Shown here piece by piece: positions 35,499 through 45,005 of a DNA stretch of 64,000 bases; the first letter of the stretch is position 1; each line of letters opens with the position of its first letter. The stretch spans positions 2,500-66,499 of the forward strand of contig CAYRDH010000001.1 in NCBI GenBank assembly GCA_964423025.1. Direction: 5' to 3'. The notes below the pieces were generated by a model. It was not told the DNA's origin. It saw nothing but the letters and a program-made list of their open reading frames with translations, and ran no database searches. The translations under genes were made by a program, and so were the position numbers. Source of the stretch: an uncultured Candidatus Saccharibacteria bacterium (GTDB lineage: Bacteria; Patescibacteriota; Dojkabacteria; SC72).

Positions 35499-36209
35499 AT
35501 GGCAAAAATTAAACAGAGGAACTGGTTGTTGTTAATAACATTTGTTTTGGTGTTAAGCTCCCTTGGGGTACTATTTGCAATGCTACAGAGAAATCTGGGG
35601 ATTGGTTTTTGTGTTTACGAGGGTGTTGAATATTCCGTAAATGATCCTGTCCCAGAATATAAGGGTGGCCAGGATTGTGTTTGTTCCAATTCTGGAGATA
35701 TTGTTTGTGAGGAAGAGGATTTGGGGATGTCTTATGAGAACTTTGTTAATGACGATATGTCTTTTAGATATAGCTTTAGGAATTACTTAGATAGGGATCA
35801 GCCAGATTTGTCAGGAGCCGAGCTAGTGGATATCCAGTATAAAGACTCTTTGCTAAGGGTTGTAATGGAAAGAGAATCTTTGTGTGGGGATTTTAATGAG
35901 CCCCCTGTTCAGGCTGGTATGTACAAGCTTGAAGATGAAGGCATCGTTTTGACTGCGATAACAAATAGGGATGAGAGTATGTATAGCAGGGTTTGTTTAA
36001 TTGGAAATACCTTTGAAATTCAGAATGTTAGCCTTGCAGATGTATCTAGATTCTCGGTGTCGTATCAAAATGATCAAGGGAATATGACAAACTTTAGGAT
36101 ATGCTTAGCAAACGGAAATATCTATTCAAATGGTGATGTCTTCAAAGATTCAGAAAATAACAGTATCTGTACCTGCTTAGGTCCTGAGGTTGAATGTGAG
36201 GATCTTTAA
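35499..36209 (+). CDS. Membrane-anchored secreted hypothetical protein with matching Cys motifs at both ends
   Basis: ATG at 35499 (MAKIKQRNWLLLITFVLVLSSLGVLFA) is preferred. The track's longer ORF from 35250 runs antisense through tatD. The motif C-x21-C-x-C-x6/7-C occurs at both the N- and C-terminus of the ectodomain. Confidence 0.6.
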   Translation: MAKIKQRNWLLLITFVLVLSSLGVLFAMLQRNLGIGFCVYEGVEYSVNDPVPEYKGGQDCVCSNSGDIVCEEEDLGMSYENFVNDDMSFRYSFRNYLDRDQPDLSGAELVDIQYKDSLLRVVMERESLCGDFNEPPVQAGMYKLEDEGIVLTAITNRDESMYSRVCLIGNTFEIQNVSLADVSRFSVSYQNDQGNMTNFRICLANGNIYSNGDVFKDSENNSICTCLGPEVECEDL

Positions 36210-36210
36210 T

Positions 36211-37239
36211 CTAAAGGAGACCTAGATATATCCCCAAGATACATGTAAATAGTGTGAATAACCAGAACCTCATAACTACTTTGTATTGAGGCCATCCATT
36301 AGCTTGGAAGTGATGGTGTATTGGTGCTATCTTAAAGACTCTTTTCTTGAAGAATTTTAGACTGATAATTTGTATTGCACTAGATGCCATTATTAGCCAT
36401 GTTATGGAAGACATTAGGAAATAAGGCAAAACATTGTCTGTGACTAGAGCCACAAAGAACATACTAAAGCCAAGGGGCATAGCTCCTGGTCCTCCGTTCC
36501 AGAATCTTGCGGGAGGGATATTAAAGTATAGGTCTATAAGTTGAACTCCCAGAATTATTGCAAGGATTGGGATAAATTCATATTGACCCTGAATGGTTAA
36601 TAAGAAGAGCATTGCGAAGTTTATTATGGTGAAAATCCCAATCATTAGACCATCTGCTCCGTCAGTTAATTCTGCTGAATATATAGCAAATTGACCAATG
36701 GCCCCAGTTATTATTAGTACTATTGGTGTAATGTTTATCACAATTAAATCTAGAATGCTGATTGTGGTGACCTCTCCTGTTCTTCTTAGTAAATACATAA
36801 CCCCTATATTTAAGAGTATAGAGAAGGTGAGTTTACCCATTCTCCACTCAAAGGTTTCTTGAAAAGCTTTCACTTTTTCATTGTTCTTAAAACCGTTTGT
36901 AAATATTGAGACGTCTATGAATCCCCAGAAACCGAAAAGTGCAAAACCAATCAAGAAGACTTTGATAACAGGTGTCATAGGAACAAGAGCTAGTGTCAAC
37001 AATGGGACTAAAATCCAAATTAAGATTCCACCCATGTTTGGAGTTCCATTTGTCAATGTGGAATTCATTATTCTCATAAAGAGACTGTTGTCTCCCTCGG
37101 TTGCTCCAATCTTGGATTTCTTAATCCCACTTACTTGGTTAAATTTATAAAGTATTGAGATCATTATTGGGGCAAATATTGCAGAGACTACTGTTGTAAT
37201 AAATAGTGCCTCTAAACTCGTTTTTAGTATGTCTACCAT
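36211..37239 (-). CDS. mraY: Phospho-N-acetylmuramoyl-pentapeptide transferase MraY
   Basis: Polytopic protein with NMGGILIW, TDGADGL and IAPIHHHFQANGWPQYKVVMRFWL (MraY signature), in dcw context after ftsI. Confidence 0.9.
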   Translation of the reverse strand: MVDILKTSLEALFITTVVSAIFAPIMISILYKFNQVSGIKKSKIGATEGDNSLFMRIMNSTLTNGTPNMGGILIWILVPLLTLALVPMTPVIKVFLIGFALFGFWGFIDVSIFTNGFKNNEKVKAFQETFEWRMGKLTFSILLNIGVMYLLRRTGEVTTISILDLIVINITPIVLIITGAIGQFAIYSAELTDGADGLMIGIFTIINFAMLFLLTIQGQYEFIPILAIILGVQLIDLYFNIPPARFWNGGPGAMPLGFSMFFVALVTDNVLPYFLMSSITWLIMASSAIQIISLKFFKKRVFKIAPIHHHFQANGWPQYKVVMRFWLFTLFTCILGIYLGLL

Positions 37240-37281
37240 TTTTTGTAGAGATAAGTATAAATATGAACTATATGTATTATC

Positions 37282-39120
37282 TCAATTAACCTTCTTAATT
37301 TCCAGGTCATCTGCAATAGAAAGGAAAATATCTCTCCATACAGGAACTGTTGTTAAACTTGAGTAAGCAGCTGTTTTTGGTTCTTCTAGCTTAACAAGCA
37401 TAATCATTTTAGGGTCATCTGAAGGTGCAAACCCAATAACCGTGTCATTAGAAAGATTCTCATCATATCCAGTTCCTCCTTTGATGGAGATCTGTGCCGT
37501 TCCGGTCTTAGCTGCTAGGTCATACTCTAAAAGAGGTTTGCCGAGAGCCGTAAGGGAATTGTTTTTGACTGCTTTAACTAATGCTCTTGTTATTATATCT
37601 GCAGTCTCTTTTGATATCGGTTCTGTTACGACTTGTGGAGAAATATTAATAACTTCTTTTTCATCACTTATCTGTGAGATTAGATATGGTCTCATTCTTA
37701 CACCATCATTTGCTATTGTGCTGAATGCAGAGATAAGTTGTAGCGGTGTGGCGGAGATACCACCCTGTCCATATGAAGCAGTAATGGTATCTAGTTTTGT
37801 CCAAGTTTCTTTTGACTTAAGATAACTTGTACTCTCTTCTTGTAGTCCGACTCCAATAAATTCTCCAATTCCAAAGTCTTTTAAGGATGAGTAGAATTCA
37901 TTGAATTCAGTATCTAGAGCAATGAGTGCTGTGCATGGGTTATTTGACGTTCTAAATATTCCAGAAATATCTAATGTCCCTGCAGGTAATCTGTTCCAAG
38001 TATAGACTTTCTCTCCTTTTAGGTCAGCATAGCCAGTTACTTTATAAAGGTCTAAATAGCCAGTTGTGTCATTGCAAATATGTTCTTCATCAATTACGCC
38101 ATTCTCTATTGCAATTGAAAGAGTAATTGGTTTTTGAACGGAACCATACTCATACACGTCTGCTACAGCTCGGTTTCTTAATATCCATGGTTCTGAAGCT
38201 CTCCAGTATTCATTCGGATCATATGTTGGGTAGTTCGCCATAGCAAGTATAGCTCCAGTCTTTGGATCCATAATTATTGCAGATCCACTCTTTGCTCTGC
38301 TCTCTCTTACTCCTTTCTCTAACTCTTCCTCTACTTTTGCTTGTAAGTTTGGAACTATTGTAAGCTTAAAATCTTTCCCGTCTCTAGGCAGTATAGGTTC
38401 GTATTCTGCTGTGAGAATAACATTCCCAGAAGAATCTTTCTCCTCATAGGAATATCCTTCTCTACCAGTTATATCTCCGTAGTAGTATCCCTGTACTCCA
38501 TACTGTCCAACGGGATCTCCAAATTCATTCTGTCCAATGAAACCTAAAAGATGTGCAGCTAATTCGTTGTTAGGGTAAACTCTTTTTTCCTCATTCTCAA
38601 AATAGAGCCCGAAACCTTGTCTGCCTGGGCCAAAAATTTCTGCTTGTTCTAATGCCTTCTTCTTTTCTGTTGTTATCCCTTTGGCAATTGAAGTGTATCT
38701 AAAATCATCTGCTAATTTAGAATCTATATCTTCCTTCTCAACTCCTAAAATGGACGAAACTTCACTTACAAACAGATCTCTGTTTTCAAAGAAGAGTGCT
38801 CTCTCATCTTCATCCTCACTTAGGGAAGCATATACATTCCATGCAGGTTCATCTACTGCTAGTACGGTGTCATCCGCTGCAGTAATAACACCACGGGGGG
38901 CAACTTGGATCCTGTTAGTTTCGTATTGTCCTTGTGCTAGGTTCTTGAAATCTTCTGCGAATAGGACTTGCCACCTAAAAACTTGGAATATAACGATGAA
39001 TGCCAGGAAGGTTATTACATATCCTACAAAAGTAATATTTAAACCTCCTGAGTTTTTTCTTTTCTTGGAGGATTTGTTTCTTTTGCCTTGTGTGGAGTAA
39101 AGATGATTAAGGCTAGACAT
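37282..39120 (-). CDS. ftsI: Class B penicillin-binding protein (FtsI/PBP2B-type transpeptidase)
   Basis: Basic N-terminus plus TM helix, PBP dimerisation region, and the SVQK / SNN / KTGTA triad, in dcw context after ftsL. Confidence 0.88.
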   Translation of the reverse strand: MSSLNHLYSTQGKRNKSSKKRKNSGGLNITFVGYVITFLAFIVIFQVFRWQVLFAEDFKNLAQGQYETNRIQVAPRGVITAADDTVLAVDEPAWNVYASLSEDEDERALFFENRDLFVSEVSSILGVEKEDIDSKLADDFRYTSIAKGITTEKKKALEQAEIFGPGRQGFGLYFENEEKRVYPNNELAAHLLGFIGQNEFGDPVGQYGVQGYYYGDITGREGYSYEEKDSSGNVILTAEYEPILPRDGKDFKLTIVPNLQAKVEEELEKGVRESRAKSGSAIIMDPKTGAILAMANYPTYDPNEYWRASEPWILRNRAVADVYEYGSVQKPITLSIAIENGVIDEEHICNDTTGYLDLYKVTGYADLKGEKVYTWNRLPAGTLDISGIFRTSNNPCTALIALDTEFNEFYSSLKDFGIGEFIGVGLQEESTSYLKSKETWTKLDTITASYGQGGISATPLQLISAFSTIANDGVRMRPYLISQISDEKEVINISPQVVTEPISKETADIITRALVKAVKNNSLTALGKPLLEYDLAAKTGTAQISIKGGTGYDENLSNDTVIGFAPSDDPKMIMLVKLEEPKTAAYSSLTTVPVWRDIFLSIADDLEIKKVN

Positions 39121-39434
39121 TATGGTCTTTCAGCTATAACACTTGAATCTTCTATGTATATTATAACTCTCTCAGAGTCTGAGGAGATGTTTAACTTCTT
39201 GTTTGCAAGCTGCCTTATTACCATGATTGAATTTGTTTTTGCTATCTCTTCTTCCATAGAGCGGTTTTCTTCAATGAGATAGTTTTTTTCGCTGTTTAGG
39301 CTCTCTAATTCTAGCCCTAGGGGTGTAAGAATTGAATTGATGACGAGTTGAGAGATGGTAAACATCAATAGAGTCCCAAGAAATATTGCTATTGGTAAGT
39401 TTTTATTCTTTGAGTTTTGGGGCAGTTTATTCAT
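39120..39434 (-). CDS. ftsL: Cell division protein FtsL-like (bitopic, coiled coil)
   Basis: 104 aa with one TM helix (LPIAIFLGTLLMFTISQLVI) followed by a heptad-like segment LESLNSEKNYLIEENRSMEEEIAK. It lies between rsmH and ftsI, and its stop overlaps the ftsI start. Confidence 0.65.
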   Translation of the reverse strand: MNKLPQNSKNKNLPIAIFLGTLLMFTISQLVINSILTPLGLELESLNSEKNYLIEENRSMEEEIAKTNSIMVIRQLANKKLNISSDSERVIIYIEDSSVIAERP

Positions 39435-39456
39435 TTTTCTAGAGGTCTAATATAAT

Positions 39457-40353
39457 TTAGGTTTTCTTGGTTTTTATTAATGTTCTTAACTTGGCGGAAG
39501 CGGATCTAGGGTTGTGCTTTTTTTCGTCATCGGTTGGGGCAATTTGACTTTTAAAAAGCATCTCCCCTTCTCCGCTTCCCTGTTTTTCTAAAAAGTAGTT
39601 CTTTACTATTCGATCTTCCAGGGAATGGAAGGATATTACAGATATTCTTCCTCCTTCTTGTAAGATCTCAAACGAGTTGTCTAACCCAACTTCTAAATTA
39701 GTAAGTTCGTCATTTACCACGATTCGCAGAGCCTGAAAGACTCTGCGAGAAGGGTTCTTATTTGAGTTAACCGGTACGACTTTGTAAACAAGTCGTGTGA
39801 GATCTCCCACAGTTTTGATATCAGAAATATTTTCTTTTATTTCTCTAGCTATTGGTTTTGAATATCTTTCTTCACCATAACGCCAGAAGAGATCAGCAAG
39901 TTTTTTCTCGGGTAGTACTCTAAGTAAATCTAAGGCAGTAACGCCTAGGTTCTCATCCATTCTCATGTCTAGGGGTTCATTATCCTCGTTGTAACTAAAT
40001 CCTCTCTGGTGAGACTCTTCTAGTTGTCTGGAAGATAATCCTATGTCCATGAGTATTCCTAATGGTTCTCTTACGATTTCTTTAGTGAGTTCCTTTATGT
40101 TCTTGAAATTCCCTCTCTTGATAATCCAGTTGTCATTTTTTGTGAGTTCTTCTTTGTAGTACTCTTTGACAAAATCAATTGCATGTTGGTCATGGTCAAG
40201 ACTTAGTAAGAGACCATCTGGAGAGAGTTCTTTCAATATTGCTATACTGTGTCCACCATCGCCTAGTGTGCAATCTATGTAAAAACCGTCAGGTCGGATA
40301 TTGAGTGAGTCGATACTCTCTTTTAGTAATACTGGTGTGTGTATCTTATCCAT
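39457..40353 (-). CDS. rsmH: 16S rRNA (cytosine1402-N4)-methyltransferase RsmH (MraW)
   Basis: HTPVLLKESIDSL, IDCTLGDGGHS, DIGLSSRQLE, ISFHSLEDRIVK. Confidence 0.95.
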   Translation of the reverse strand: MDKIHTPVLLKESIDSLNIRPDGFYIDCTLGDGGHSIAILKELSPDGLLLSLDHDQHAIDFVKEYYKEELTKNDNWIIKRGNFKNIKELTKEIVREPLGILMDIGLSSRQLEESHQRGFSYNEDNEPLDMRMDENLGVTALDLLRVLPEKKLADLFWRYGEERYSKPIAREIKENISDIKTVGDLTRLVYKVVPVNSNKNPSRRVFQALRIVVNDELTNLEVGLDNSFEILQEGGRISVISFHSLEDRIVKNYFLEKQGSGEGEMLFKSQIAPTDDEKKHNPRSASAKLRTLIKTKKT

Positions 40354-40789
40354 TCTTCTCGCTTTTCATTTTACCTATCTCTTGTGCTATCTCTTCTCCG
40401 TGTTCTTGAAGGTATTCTAATCTTTCTTCCCACTTTTTCTTGTCCCAGACCTCTACCCAGTTTACAAGTCCTATGAATACAACTTCATCCTTAAGATCAG
40501 CATGCTCTAACAATGACTGAGGGATTACAAATCTTCCTTGTTTATCAAGCTCTATCTCCTTTGCTCCTCCAACAAGAAATCTACTTGTATCTCTGATATC
40601 TTTATTTATAAAAGAGCCATTCATTACTTCCTCTGCTACTTTTTTCCACAATCCTTCATTAACTATTATTAGTGCCTGTTCGTAGCCTCTTGTCAGGATC
40701 AGGTTCTCGCCTAGTATCTCTCTAAATTTCTTAGGAAGTGATACTCTTTTCTTTTTTCCTAGTGTACTTTTGTACTCTCCTATTAACAT
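40346..40789 (-). CDS. mraZ: Transcriptional regulator MraZ
   Basis: MLIGEYKSTLGKKKRVSLPKKFREIL and a second SpoVT/AbrB-like half (LDKQGRFVIPQSLLEHADL). It is the first gene of the dcw operon. Confidence 0.93.
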   Translation of the reverse strand: MLIGEYKSTLGKKKRVSLPKKFREILGENLILTRGYEQALIIVNEGLWKKVAEEVMNGSFINKDIRDTSRFLVGGAKEIELDKQGRFVIPQSLLEHADLKDEVVFIGLVNWVEVWDKKKWEERLEYLQEHGEEIAQEIGKMKSEKNG

Positions 40790-40807
40790 GTTTTTACTAT
40801 ATCATCT

Positions 40808-40865
40808 TTCACCACCTTTTACCACTTCGTGCCACTAATTTAACATTGGGGGGTGGTTAGGTCAA
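40808..40865 (-). promoter_or_regulatory. mraZ promoter with MraZ operator (three GTGG boxes at 10-bp phase)
   Basis: On the minus strand: TTGACC (40865-40860), a 17-nt spacer, TAAATT (40842-40837), then A-GTGG-cacgaa-GTGG-taaaag-GTGG-tgaaag. On the plus strand CCAC lies at 40832-35, 40822-25 and 40812-15. The last box is about 20 nt before the mraZ ATG. Confidence 0.55.
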
Positions 40866-41057
40866 GTAAATACAACTACAGGCCCAAATATAATTCTCTA
40901 GGCTATTATATTTTGTTGTTAAACAATGAAAACACCAAATTTGGTCTCTTTGCCCTACTAGGGCCGATAGGAAAACTTATTGCAAACTTTTCAAATAACT
41001 ACTATATTAAGGAAGGGTTAATGTATATTAACAATAGATAAGTTAACAAATTATGCT

Positions 41058-42443
41058 ATGAAGGTAGAGTTAAAAGAGATACAAAAAAGGTTTCCTGAAT
41101 TCGATATCCGCAATTACAGGGAAGATGCTTATTTTATTGGTTTTAATCATGATTCAAGAACTATAAAGAAGGGAGAATTATTTATCCCTATTGCTGGAGA
41201 GAAGTATGACGGGCATGAATTTATTTTAGAAGCTTTTGAGAAGGGTGCATCAGTAGCACTTTGCGAGAAGGATAAATATGACGAGGAGACGATGAATGTT
41301 AATGAGCCAATAATCTTGGTTGATAGCATTGAAGAAGGTTTGATGAAGGTTCTTAATTGCTCAATATCTCACATAACAGCTCCGGTAGTGGCTATTACTG
41401 GTAGTACAGGCAAAACGACAACTAAACAGATGTTAGTTACAATCCTAAAACAGCAAAAGAAAGTTTTGTATGGGCAGAAATCTAACACTGTTTGGGGTAA
41501 TGCAGTTATCTTAAGCCAATATGAAGATCATGAGGTGGTTGTATTGGAATGTGGGATGGACAGAAGAGGAGAGATTGCATGGCATGTGAATTCTGTGGAT
41601 CCTGATTTAGGGGTCTTGTTAAATGTTGGACACGTTCATGCTGAGAAAGTTGGTAGCATAGAGGACATTTATAATGAGAAGAAAGATTTGGCAGATTACA
41701 TGGAAAAAACAGGTAAACCACTTGTATTGAATGTAGATGATGAGAGATTAGCCAGAATAGAAAAGGGCTACAACGAAGATTCTGAACTAATAACCTTCGG
41801 CACAAGAGAGAATGTAGATTACCAAATTGTGGCCCCTGAGGTAGACAGTTTTGGAACACACTTCTCTTTTAAATATTATGACAACAAGATGGATGTAAAA
41901 CTTAAAGTCTTTGGAGAAGGTTATGTATACAATGCTATGGCAGCAATAATTGCAGCAAACAGATTAGGAGTCCCAATAGACACCTGTATTAAAGGTGTAG
42001 AGCTATTTGAGAATAGTGAGGGTAGATTTGAGACCTTGGAATACAAAAATAACACGATAATTGTTAATGATGCTTATAATGCTAATCCAACATCTATGGA
42101 TATGTCTCTGAAGACTTTTGATCGTCTTTATGGAAGTGCAGATTTTTACAAGATAGCTATCTTAGGTGATATGAGGGAACTGGGAGAAGTTTCTATTGAA
42201 AAGCATAAGGAACTTGGAGAGAAAGTTAAGAATTATAACTTTGACGAAGTCTATTATGTTGGAGAGATGTTTGAAGAATTTGGAGTTGGCGAAAGATTAG
42301 AATCCGCAGACGAGGTTGCTGCAATGCTTAACTTAAGGTTAGAAACATTAAAGAATAGAAAGGTTGTAATTCTTCTTAAAGGTAGTAACAGTATAGGATT
42401 GTATCTAGTCCCAGACTTCTTGAAGAAGTTAGGAAGTGTATAA
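41058..42443 (+). CDS. murF: UDP-N-acetylmuramoyl-tripeptide--D-alanyl-D-alanine ligase MurF
   Basis: DSRTIKKGELFIPIAGEKYDGHEF, ITGSTGKTTTKQML, and NDAYNANPTSM (MurF-type C-terminal motif). Confidence 0.88.
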   Translation: MKVELKEIQKRFPEFDIRNYREDAYFIGFNHDSRTIKKGELFIPIAGEKYDGHEFILEAFEKGASVALCEKDKYDEETMNVNEPIILVDSIEEGLMKVLNCSISHITAPVVAITGSTGKTTTKQMLVTILKQQKKVLYGQKSNTVWGNAVILSQYEDHEVVVLECGMDRRGEIAWHVNSVDPDLGVLLNVGHVHAEKVGSIEDIYNEKKDLADYMEKTGKPLVLNVDDERLARIEKGYNEDSELITFGTRENVDYQIVAPEVDSFGTHFSFKYYDNKMDVKLKVFGEGYVYNAMAAIIAANRLGVPIDTCIKGVELFENSEGRFETLEYKNNTIIVNDAYNANPTSMDMSLKTFDRLYGSADFYKIAILGDMRELGEVSIEKHKELGEKVKNYNFDEVYYVGEMFEEFGVGERLESADEVAAMLNLRLETLKNRKVVILLKGSNSIGLYLVPDFLKKLGSV

Positions 42444-42506
42444 GCGACTAGATAGATAAAGATTAATAGTAATAACTCTATGCTTCCCTTCTTGTTTGCA
42501 TTCCCC

Positions 42507-43799
42507 CTACTCTACCCATTCTAGGTCGGCACCTAGGGTATTTAGGTTCTCAATAAAGTTTGGGTGAGCTCTTTTTATACTGTCAGCGTTTCTTATTGTT
42601 GTTTCCCCTTCTATTGTAAGTGCTACCATTAGGAGTGCCACTGTTGCTCTTATAATATTAGGAGCATCAACAGTTGTTTCTTTTAGTGGCTTGTTTCCAT
42701 AAACAATAATCCTGTGTGGATCACACATTACAATGTGTGCACCAAACTTAATGAGCTCGGGTATCCAAAGGAGACCTCCTTCATAAAGTTTGTTCCAGAA
42801 CATTATTGAACCTTCAGATTTAACAGAGAGTGCTATCATGAGTGGTAATAAATCTGCAGGGAAATATGGCCATGGCGCTGCTTCTAGTTTTTGTAATAGG
42901 TTCTTAGTATATGGTTGCAATATCTCTAGCTTTTGATTCTCTCTCACAATTGCTGTATCTCCTTCATATTCAATATCCACATTAAACTTTTTGAAGGCTT
43001 TTTGAATCAAAGGGAAATGCTCTGGCTCAGAATTTTCAACTTTAATCTCTCCCCCAGTCATTGCGCCTAGGGCTAAAAGAGTTGTAATTTCATGATGATC
43101 TGAACTAATAGTGAAATCAGCTCCATGCAATTTTTCACTCCCTTTAACTGTTAGCCTTGATGTTCCAACCCCTTCAATTTCTGCCCCCATTTCAATTAGT
43201 AGGTTGCAAAGATCTTGGACATGAGGTTCAGAAGCTGCATTAACCATTGTGGATTCTCCTTGGGCATAAACAGCGGCCATTATGAAATTTTCTGTTGTTG
43301 TTACACTCATATAGTCCTGCCAAAGGAATCCCCCTTTTAATCCATTGTGAGCATCGATCTTGAGTGTTCCGTTAGTAATAATCTCTGCTCCAAGATTCTT
43401 AAGGACTTCTAGGTGTGGATCTAATTCTCTAATTCCAAGGGAACATCCTCCAATCTCTTGAGTCACTTCAATATGTCCAGCTCTCGCAAGGAGTGGTCCC
43501 AGAAGTAAAACAGCTCCCCTCATACCAAGAGGGAAATTCTCTTTCCCAAAATTTTTATCTACGGACGCGTTATTTATCTTAATAACTTTTTTCTCCTTGT
43601 CCCATTCGACTTTAGAGCCCATTGAAACTAAAAGTTCCACTAACTTGTTTACATCTGTTAAGTCTGGGAAATTTCTTAATACAACATCATCGTCTGTAAG
43701 TAGTGTCGCACACAGAGCTGGTAGTGCAGAGTTCTTGTTTCCTGCGGGGATGAGTTTGCCATTTAATTTGTTTCCACCTCTAACTTTTAAATCAGCCAT
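42507..43799 (-). CDS. murA: UDP-N-acetylglucosamine 1-carboxyvinyltransferase MurA
   Basis: LKVRGGNKLNGKLIPAGNKNSALPAL; the active-site loop GGCSLGIRELDPH retains the Cys; inside-out alpha/beta barrel repeats. Confidence 0.94.
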   Translation of the reverse strand: MADLKVRGGNKLNGKLIPAGNKNSALPALCATLLTDDDVVLRNFPDLTDVNKLVELLVSMGSKVEWDKEKKVIKINNASVDKNFGKENFPLGMRGAVLLLGPLLARAGHIEVTQEIGGCSLGIRELDPHLEVLKNLGAEIITNGTLKIDAHNGLKGGFLWQDYMSVTTTENFIMAAVYAQGESTMVNAASEPHVQDLCNLLIEMGAEIEGVGTSRLTVKGSEKLHGADFTISSDHHEITTLLALGAMTGGEIKVENSEPEHFPLIQKAFKKFNVDIEYEGDTAIVRENQKLEILQPYTKNLLQKLEAAPWPYFPADLLPLMIALSVKSEGSIMFWNKLYEGGLLWIPELIKFGAHIVMCDPHRIIVYGNKPLKETTVDAPNIIRATVALLMVALTIEGETTIRNADSIKRAHPNFIENLNTLGADLEWVE

Positions 43800-43820
43800 C
43801 TGAAATTGAAATAATTTTAT

Positions 43821-45005
43821 TTATATACCGATTTCTTCTAATATCTTCTCTTGGGCATCTTTTAGGAAGATTTCTTCTACCTCTGAAGGGTCGTAATCCT
43901 TCTCTTTTTCATAGAATCTTCGCATTTTCAAAACCAAGTTCTCTGGAGTTAATTCACCTTGGTTTAAGATTTCTGCTAGCCCAAGATTTTCTAGAATTTT
44001 AGCGTTTTCTTGCTGTTCATTATGTGTTACCCAAGGGATTGGAATAAATATTGATGGTATCTGTAGGACACCCATCTCGTAAACAGTATTAGCTCCCGAT
44101 CTTCCTACAAAGAAGTCTATATTATTAAATACAAAACCAATCTCCTTTTTCCCGATATATTTAACAGGAAGGAAACGATCTCTTAGGTTTGGACTGAGTT
44201 TCTTTTTCTCTTTTACTAATAGTTCATAATCTCTAAATTCTTTGTTGTCTCCTGTTTGGAGAATTACTTGGAAATCTTGCAGTAAAGAAAGGAGTGCTTC
44301 TTTAACTGTTCTGTTTAGCATATGTGATCCAAGACTTCCTCCTGAGATATAGATGATGGGAAGATCTTCCTGTTGAACGAGCATCTTTTTCAAGGCCTCT
44401 ATTATTTTCCCTTTCCCACTCTTGTGAAATATCTCTGGTCTTATTAAATTCCCTGTGTGAACAGTTTTCTCTTCAGGGAAATATCTTTTTGAAGATGGGA
44501 ATGCAACGAATATCTTCTCGCAATATTTGGATACAATCTTGTTGGATAGTCCTACTGCTGCGGTCTGTTCATGAAGGTAGATTTTGCTCTTTATCATCTT
44601 TGCAGTTAAGCACACAGGAACAGACACAAATCCTCCAGTGGAAAGAACAATATCTGGCTTAAAGTCTTTTAGGATTCTGTAAGAATCTATGAAGCCAAGA
44701 AGAGTTCGTAGTAAAAGGAAAATCCCACGAAGAGAGAATTTTCTTTGAAGTTTCCCAGCTCTAATATATTTTTTGTTGAAGGATTCGTTGGCAAAAATTC
44801 TCTGTTCTAGTGAGTTTCCAGGTTTTTCATTTGCCATTCCTAAATCTCCCCCGATGTATAGGAAGTTGTCATCGTTGAGTTCATAATTTCTTTTTAATGT
44901 GGAGATTATTGCTGAGGCTGTGGATATATGTCCGCCAGAGCCTCCCCCGGTTACGACTACCTTTTTATCTAATGTTCTCTTCTTTTCTATTTCACTATTT
45001 TCCAT
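43821..45005 (-). CDS. murG: Undecaprenyldiphospho-muramoylpentapeptide beta-N-acetylglucosaminyltransferase MurG
   Basis: VVVTGGGSGGHISTASAI (the G-loop), the C-terminal GT-B motif GRSGANTVYEMGVLQIPSIFIP, and a position between ftsW and murA. Confidence 0.85.
   Translation of the reverse strand: MENSEIEKKRTLDKKVVVTGGGSGGHISTASAIISTLKRNYELNDDNFLYIGGDLGMANEKPGNSLEQRIFANESFNKKYIRAGKLQRKFSLRGIFLLLRTLLGFIDSYRILKDFKPDIVLSTGGFVSVPVCLTAKMIKSKIYLHEQTAAVGLSNKIVSKYCEKIFVAFPSSKRYFPEEKTVHTGNLIRPEIFHKSGKGKIIEALKKMLVQQEDLPIIYISGGSLGSHMLNRTVKEALLSLLQDFQVILQTGDNKEFRDYELLVKEKKKLSPNLRDRFLPVKYIGKKEIGFVFNNIDFFVGRSGANTVYEMGVLQIPSIFIPIPWVTHNEQQENAKILENLGLAEILNQGELTPENLVLKMRRFYEKEKDYDPSEVEEIFLKDAQEKILEEIGI

Noticed and set aside
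40853-41041. 62-aa ORF in the mraZ/murF divergent intergenic region.
   Set aside because: It overlaps the predicted mraZ -35 region. It is N/Y/I-rich low-complexity sequence with no motif, and is most likely just AT-rich promoter DNA.
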